DNA of 64,000 nt from Rhina ancylostomus (Eukaryota), in assembly GCA_030265395.1 (NCBI GenBank), contig JARFYF010000104.1, positions 62,587,799-62,651,798 of the forward strand, read 5' to 3'. Below are positions 52,601-61,600 of this stretch, in pieces; within the stretch, counting starts at the first letter, position 1; each line of letters opens with the position of its first letter. Under the pieces are notes generated by a model that searched no databases, had not been told where the DNA came from, and saw nothing but the letters and a program-made list of their open reading frames with translations. The position numbers and the translations under genes were made by a program.

Positions 52601-55600
52601 ATCCACTGCAATTCCTGAGGGAATGCTCAAATTCTTAATGAGCAAAGAATGACCTGGAGTACCTTTGTATTTATTCATGGACATGCTGTTAAAAAGCAAA
52701 AAAATCTATATCAAATTTCCCCATACACCTTCATCGTTGTCAAGAGTAAGCAAAATGGTTTTGTAATGTGGAATTGTTATAATAAACTGACAACTTATAG
52801 TGTACTATTGTATACAAACCAGTCTCATACAAATTACTGCTAGAGAAAGATCCAATAGATGCCAGAAGTTTCCCCAGATTACTCAAGGAAAACATCAACT
52901 AGGTACTCCTGGCAAGTGAAAGATTTGCTGCAGGATTTCTACTTTGGGTTCGTAATTGACAAGGACTAATCCAGTTTTGGCTCGAGGGAAAATAATTTGC
53001 TCAACATTTGGATTTCAAGTGCAGCCTGCATTCAAGTCCAATCAAGAATAGAAGTGTTAGCTAAATCAGTGATGACCATTAAAACAAAACAACTTCCACA
53101 AGTATTCCAATAATTCTTCTTACCTAAATATTGCCTGACGTGTTAAGTCAGCCCAGAAAATCCTCTCCTCTGCAACATCAGCATCCAATACTACAGCATT
53201 TCTCAGCCGCATGGTTATCTGCTTGTACTCATGATGATGTAGCCCAAGCTGCCGAATATCATGGTGGTTTGTAAAGATCAAGTAAGGCTCTTTTCCTAAA
53301 GGAAAAATTCCAATCTAATTCCACCACCTTTTGCATTTATGCAAATGTTTTAATCAGTTAAGATAAAAAATTACAATCCAAACCTGCTTACATCAAAACC
53401 TCTGCGGCCCATGACATTGGGATTCAGCCACAATTTGCATTAGAAAAGCTTTACAGGAAGCAGCCAAATTCTGGCAATGTTAGGATGTGGCAAAGTGGTG
53501 CTTTTGGTCATTGTGTAGGCCAACAACCATTGCCCCTTAACACTTCTTTTCTTGACCCATGAAGAAAGAGGGCAATTACACCATCCCATTTAAGTTTTTC
53601 TAAAAATCTAGCCTTATTATCATTTAATCTTTAAACCACCTCCCCCACCCAAAAAACTTCCATATAGTTGGTCATTTGACAGTTGTACATACCTACAGCC
53701 TTGCACACTCCATTAGCCGGATCCATGCGATACCCCTCATGACATTCACATTTATAACTTCCTTTTAAATTGATGCAGATTTGGCTGCAGGTTGCAGTGT
53801 TTAGGCATTCATTGATATCTGTAAGAGAGCAGCATTTTCCTCACCACATTCAAAGGACAGAAGATACAAATTCTGAACATGGATTTAACTAGCACACTTA
53901 CCCCCACAGGTCTTCTCATCAACTAACTCAAAACCAGCAGGACAATCACATTCATAGTCAATGGGAAGATCCCGGCAAATATGAGAGCAACCACCATTGT
54001 TCACTAAGCATTCGTTTAGTCCTACAGAAAAATAAAAAGGTGGATGAGAGGGTAGAGGGATTGGAGACGGAAAAGTTAGTTTTCCCTCCCCACCAAAACA
54101 CTTCATCCAAAAGTAATATTTACCATGCACTTAGTCAATTTGAACTTAATAGCAGCTTCTTTATTGAACTCCTCACACCTTGAAAGAATGCCAGGAGTCA
54201 AATCAATGGATTACATTATAGCAATAGTCTCCTTAAGCACTAGAGGTCACACACATCCATCTTAAAATAGCAAGTAATCAATTTTTCAAATTTCAAAAAA
54301 AAAATCAGATTGATTAGCTGTTGCCAACTCAAATAATCTTTCCAGAACTTGGGAAATTAAATCCAAGTACACCATGAACACTTCTTTTAAACAATCGCTG
54401 CTAATAGCCATGAGGCAAGAACTAGTAATTCCAAGTCTTGGTTACTTGGTCATTTGCTGGAATAGTTTTAAAAAAAAAATGGGGACATGATAGGTTAATG
54501 CATTTTTGGAGTGTTTCAAATCGTTCAATAGCAAAACCAGTTGTAGCAGAAGATATTGGTTCAAGTCCAACAGCTGTATCTGAACAAATGCAATAGCCAC
54601 ATAGACAGGAACACCAGCATCTTGGCAGAGGATTTAAACCAATTTCAGTGTTGAGTACAAACTGAAAAGATGATGGAATTATGCAATCAATCAGTAACAG
54701 TTAAAAAAAAAATCCATGATGGATTAGATGCTTAGTATACCCAACTCAAAATTCCTTTCATTCAGGGAGAGAAGTGTAGCAGTTTAGATTGAATTAAAAG
54801 AGAGTTAGGAAACAGAGTGCCAAGAACAGGTACAGCAAGTTGCTAAACAAGGCAGCTTTAACAATAGCAATTTTGTTCAAGATGGAAGTTTTGAAGTATT
54901 CAGTTTTCTGAACTGTTGTTACACTTTCTGAAAGGAGGCATGGCTAGATCCAATGTAAAGTGGGCAGAAAATAAACCAAGTTGTCAAATGGAGAATGTTA
55001 GAACATCTTGAAGGAATTAAATATTGCAAGGTACAAAGGCCCATCAAAAAAGTAATTGTTCAGAAGGACAGGCAGGATTTGAGGATTTATTGATTTGCTG
55101 TTAACAACATGCACTCAAGTTGGCCTGATCCTCAATTGACAATATTGTCACAGGAGGCTTGACTCGATATCCATTTAAATATCTAACATTTAAACATTCC
55201 AAACTGAAAAAAAATCAAACTACAAAACAGCTAGCTGAATTCAGAGTTCTTTCAAATGCCATTGCTGTATACAGACTTGATACATTTACCCAATATCTCA
55301 TTTCAACATTGAAGCTTATACACATAGTATGCAATGAAAACAAGGCAGTAGAACAGACTACAAATACACTAAAATTGACAATCCCATACCCCCATGACTG
55401 GTGGGAAAAGACAGATTTTCTGAATTGGGTATTACCATTTTACTTTTACACAAGTTAGAGTAATAAATTGTCCAGGTATTGCAGGGAGTTGAGAGTGCAG
55501 GAACTAGGGCTCCAGGTGAGCCACATGCTGAACTGTTATGAAAGCAGACAATTAGTTTTCTGTAGTTTCAGAAGGTATTATAGATTCTACTTTTCTCAAA

Positions 55601-58600
55601 TTACTACTTCTAAGATTCAGGTAAAGTTAACAAGCACATACACCATATACTTTGTAAATTAAAAAGCAAATCCAAAATGTTTAGCCATTTGCTTGTCACT
55701 TATAGAAGTGTGGAGTTTGGGATAGGAAGGGTTCCAGCATCAGACTTGGAAAGATGTAGAATTTGTGCAGAAAATCTAGCGTGTTGTCTAAGCCTTAAAA
55801 ACTTGGACAAATTCTTTATCCAGTTGAAGAGGGCTCAGATTCAAGGTAGGAAAAAGGAGGAAAGCATGTATACGAGATAGGAATTAGACGGCACAAGTTG
55901 GTAGTGTGGAGAATGTGGAGTGAACAAAGCCTTCAAGATTTTGATGAGGGGGAAAATGTTGTAAAGAAACTGGTACCAACAGGATTGGTCCTCAGCAGCT
56001 GAAGTCTACGAGTCAAATATCTGTAGTGCTTTGCTGTTCCAGAGTTCCTCTGCAGGCCAACTCCAAATTGTACTTGCTTTTAATGTAACAAATATTCTAA
56101 TGTGGCAACTATAATGACTAGATCCAGAGTCGGGCATTGGTCCATTATACATGCAAAAGTCACAATGTTTACAATACCAAGAAATTTGGTGTTCGATTGC
56201 AATATTGAAAATGCTACATGCTTCCTTGGGCACGATGGCATTAGGGTGCACCAAGCAAAGACTTAATTTGTTAGGTTAATTTGCTAGACTTGATTTGCTA
56301 GGTTCTCTTCTCCCACCCCCTCCTTTTCAAGTGTATGTTCTTGGATTCAAGGCAGTCAGGTTCCCAATACAGTCCATAACCAGTATTTAAAAGAATGTTG
56401 GAAGATTATACAGTCTCAAGAGGAAAGAGGCAAGGTGATTAGTTTTCTTGGTTGTTTGACAGAAGATGCCAAGCACAAAATGTTTCTTCAAGGCTGAAAA
56501 GTCCACTTACGGCATTCAAAGGGTTCATCACTCCGATCTTTACAGTCCCATTTGTGGTTGCAGACTTTACTTATAGCTATGCATTCTCCACTTTGGCATT
56601 TGAACTCATTTGGACCTGTACAGTCTAAATTTGAAAGAAAACATACAAGTTCAAATCCAATAAAACAGTTACAAATTTGTATACATCTTAAAACTGTGCA
56701 CCTACCATTCTGACAGTGGACTTCATCAGTACCATCAGAGCAGTCTGTAAATCCATTACATTTCTTGGTTCCAGGAATACAACTACCATCACCACATCTG
56801 AAGTGATCTGGTCTACATGTCCGCAGAGCTAAAATCAAGTCAAATTGTTAATCTATAGAAAATAGTAATCAAATATTTATACAATCCTTGTAATTATCCA
56901 TCTTCATTTCAAATAGAAATTCAATTACTTTGTTTTATGCTCCAACAAACTGCTCAAAATATTTAATTATATTCTTGCAACAAACCTCTGGACTAGAGTC
57001 AGAACCAAAGGATATTTTCATCTTGAGAAAAATGCATTTACTATAAATTAAACTAAACATGAAGTATAAAATCCCAAATGCCCATTGACAAGTGGATTGC
57101 TGTCTAAATATCCATTTCAATTAATAACACATTGGTTATTCAGCACAATTTTAAATAAAATCATCCCTTCTCCTGTCGACTGTGACATTTAAAGACTTGC
57201 CCAGAAAACTAAATTCAGACATTTACAAGCTAACTGCATCACAACAATTTAAGTCTGGCTGCAAGTTACTTACAACAATTAACTTCATCACTTCCATCTT
57301 TACAGTCACTGTCTCCATCACAGTGCCAGCCATGATTGATGCATTCGCCAGAACCACAGAAGAACTCACTGGGAGAGCAGGTTGCATGAGGAGGAGAAGG
57401 GTACCCACAATGTTCTGGAGATTCATCAGATTGGTCGGCACAGTCAACATTGTTGTCACAGACCCAACTCAAGGAAATGCATTCAGAATTATTGCATTGA
57501 AACTCATGACGGCCACAGGAATGGGGAACACAGTCTTTTTCATCACTTCCATCACCACAGTCATCTTCACCATTGCAGATAAATGCCTTAGAAATGCATT
57601 GACCACTGGTGCAAGTGAATTCAAGTATACTGCAATTAAAAGAGCCTGAAAATAAGAGGTCTACTATTAGAATTGGCTAAACACTAATAACTTATGAGAA
57701 AACATCAGAAGGGCTTGATAATAATCTATGATTTAATTATGAAAATACATCCAGAGTCACTGGACAAAATCAAGAATGAATGGGAAAGCAAACTCCAGAT
57801 ATCTATACCTACAGAGGCGTGGAAGAAAATTCTTCATTTAGTTAATACATCTTCAATGTGTGCCAGANNNNNNNNNNNNNNNNNNNNNNNNNNNNNNNNN
57901 NNNNNNNNNNNNNNNNNNNNNNNNNNNNNNNNNNNNNNNNNNNNNNNNNNNNNNNNNNNNNNNNNNNGCACAACACGGTGGGCTGAAGGGCCTGTATTGT
58001 GCTGTATTGTTCTATGGTTCAACACAGGTTCCATCAAGTTGGTAGACTGAAAATTTGACCAACTTCAGGATGTAAAAGGACTAAATTATGAGAAAGAAGA
58101 GCTTGCATTTCTTCTGTGGTTTTCAGACCACCCTAAAGAGATTTCCACTCAACAAATGACCTGTTTTAGTGTGGACTCTTTTGTCATGGAGTTGTCCAGC
58201 GCAGAAACAGGCCCTTCAGCCCACCGAGTCCATGCTGACCACCAAGGGCTATCAAAGGCAAGAGAGCATAGGTATGAGAGGAAGGAGTTTTACAGGGGAT
58301 CTGTGGGGGAGAAGCTTTTTTTTTTACACAGAGAGTGGTTGACATCTGGAACTCTAGATTCAGGTTATCAAGATTCAAGAAATAATCTAAGGGGATATTA
58401 AAACAGAAGAAGTCGACAAGCAAGAACTCTACTTACAGGGCATCTGAAGACAGTGCTGGAGCACAGAAACCAAATGTGGGTAGGCATCCGTGTGACTTAG
58501 CTTCTTCCGAATCAGGTCAAACATCTGACTAGCGCTCCTGGTGTCAATGTGTACCTGAAATGTAGCAGGAATGAGCTGCATCTCATTGTTTTACAACAAG

Positions 58601-61600
58601 ACAGGACTGTCGTTCAGCACAACAGTCCACAGGAGGAGGACATCCAGCACTCCAACAAGGTGCATCTTTATAGCGCCTTTAACCATCCTAAACCCTTCTA
58701 AGGTGCTTCACACAGCACTAACTGAAACTGTTACCAAGGCATGAAAGGGCCAGGCCAACAAATGTTCAGTTTTTAAGGTAAGGAGCAGAGAAAGGTAAAT
58801 AGGTAGAAAGATTTAAGAATGGAATTTCAAAGCTTGGGGCTTTGGCAACGCAAGGCATCGCCACCAATGGTAGAGCAAATAAATCTGGGGTGGACAAGCA
58901 GCCAGAACTGGAGTAACACAAAGATCTCAAATTTTTGTGGTTGGAGAGGATTACAGAGGTGATGAGGGCAAAGTAATTGGTAATTGATTTATTAACGTCA
59001 CATGTACCGAGATACAGTGAAAAAACTTTGTTCTGCATGCCATCCATACAGAGCATTCCAAACCATAAGTACACCAAGGTAGTACAAAGGGGAAGACAAT
59101 AACAGAATGCAGAATATTGTGTTACAGTTACAGAGAAAGTGCAGTGCAGGTAGACAATAAGGTGCAAGGCCCATGATGAGGTAGATTGTGAGGGCAAGAG
59201 TTCAATTTTATTGTACAACAGGTCCATTCGAGAGTCTTATAACAGCGGGACAGAAGCTGTCTTTGAGCCTGGTGGTGCATGTTTTCAAGCTTTTGTTTCT
59301 TCTGCCAGAGGGGAGGGGGGAGAAGAGAGAATATTCGGGGTGGGAGGGGTCTTCGATTATGTCGGCTGCTTTCTTGAGGCAGCGGGAAGTGTAGAGCAAG
59401 TCAGTGGACGGGAGGCTGGTTTCCATGATGGACTGGGCTTTGAAAAGGGGCAGCACTAAAATGAGGGCTCTGCTTAATTTGGAGCTGATACAAGGCATAG
59501 AGGAATGATGAGTGAACCAACCTCAGTGAGTTAGGGGGGCATCAGCAACCAAGATTGAGATGGCCTCAAATGTACTGAGAGAAAATTGAATGAGGTTGGC
59601 CAAGCGTTCATTGGGATAATCACATCAAGAAGTATAGGCTGAAGGTTAGCGAATGTTGAGGTACAGTCGATCAAAAGCTAACAGAGCAGCAGACCAGTTT
59701 TGAGGGTTTGAGCAGCCTCCTCCTGAAATGCTATGTCCTTGCAAGCCTTTGAGGCTTGATTAACTATTGCCCTTATACAGGACCACACGTAGCACTGTGT
59801 GCAGTAAAGGTTTACCTACTCAAGGAAAGATACACCTGCTAGAAAGGGGATACAACAAACGTCTTCTGGACCAATTCCTGGGATGGCAGGACTATTGGAT
59901 GAGCTGAGATTGGGTTGATCAGGACTGTATCCAACAGAATTCCGAAGAATGGGAGGGGGATCTCATTGAAACATACATTTTCCATGTACATATGAAAAAC
60001 ATACATGTGTGAAAAACATAATTTTTCACATGATGTAGATCCCCCTTCATTAACTTTTTAATTCGGAGGATCGGAGTTGACGACATAATCGCTTTGTTTC
60101 TATTGGGAAATTTTGGCCCAGTTTTTTTTAAATTTTTGTTTGTTTAGTTTATATTGTTTATAATTTTTTTAATATTTTGATTTGGGTTTTTTCTTTTTTC
60201 TTTTTTTTAATGTATATAATAAACCTTTTTTCTTTCCTTTCTTTTATACTTTCTTTATTAACTAAGAGATTGTTGGACTTTGTTTTTTCTATATTTTATT
60301 GAATGATTATCTAAGATTTGAGTGATAACCAGATCTCTCTGTAAGATATGTACAAACTTTGATGCCATACACCATTTGTATTGATTTGAAACCAATAAAA
60401 AAGATTGAAAAAGAAAGCAATCATTCCTTGGCTACTACATTACAGATAAGATACCTTTATTAGTCACATGTACATCGAGACACACAGTGTAATACATCTT
60501 TTGCGTAGAGTGTTCTGGCGCCAACATAGCATGTCCACAACTTCCTAACCGGCATGTCTTTGGAATGCAGGAGGAAACTAGAGCACCCAGAGGAAACCCA
60601 CGCAGACAGAGGGAGAACATACAAACTCCTTACAGATAGCAGCCGGAATTGAACCTGGGTTGCTGGTGCTTTAATATCATGACACTAACTGCTACATTAT
60701 CGTGCCTCCAGTATACAAACAGCTTTGTGCATTCCTATGCATTAAATGACTATTGCTGTCTGGAATTTCTATTGGCTAGGATCTTAGGATGCAGAAATTT
60801 AGTAATTACATCTCATTGCCATATAAATTAAAGTCCCTTTGTCTTGCATTCATTTTCATCCCCCACATTTCAAAGTCAAAAATACAACACTGGTAATGTC
60901 TCCACAGCCAAATTAACATTTGTGAGAGAATATTAGAATTGATGTAATTTGCAAGCCATGCTTCTCGTGAGCAAGAACATGTCAATGTTCCTTGATTTGC
61001 AACAGTCTAGTCTGTTAATCACTACAAGTAAAAACATGCTAATCTTCTATCTCTGCCCTTCCCCCACCCTCACACACGAAAGGTCAAACTTGCTTTTAAT
61101 ACATTTGACCCTCTGTACAGGCAGGCACAGTAGTGTAGTGGTTAGTGTAACACTTTACAGCGCCAGCGACCTGGGTTCAATTCCAGTTGCTGTCTGTAAG
61201 GAATTTGCACTTTCTCCCCGTGTCTGTGTGGGTTTCCTCTCACATTTCAAAGATGTATGGGTTAGGAAGTTGTGGGCATGCCAATGTGAGCACTGGAAGT
61301 GTGGCGACACTTGCAGGCTGCCCCCAGAACACTCTACGCAAAAGATCCATTTCAGTCTTTAGAGTTAATTTGGTTGGTCTGTTAAAACACAAGCTATTAG
61401 CATACCACAGTTCTCTTCATCACTGCCATTCTCACAGTCCTTTCCTCCATCACATTTCCAGGAATCAGGAATACACTGAAGAGTGCCAGGGCCGCAACTG
61501 ATTTCATTCAAATTACATTGTCTCAGGTCTGAAAAAAAATAAAAAGAGCACAAGTTAATCAAACAATCTGCAGCAGGTCAGAGATACATCATGTACTTGA

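Noticed and set aside
57182-57649. Plus-strand 155-aa ORF and similar antisense ORFs over the exons
   Set aside because: Shadow frames of the minus-strand Cys/Asp-rich exons.
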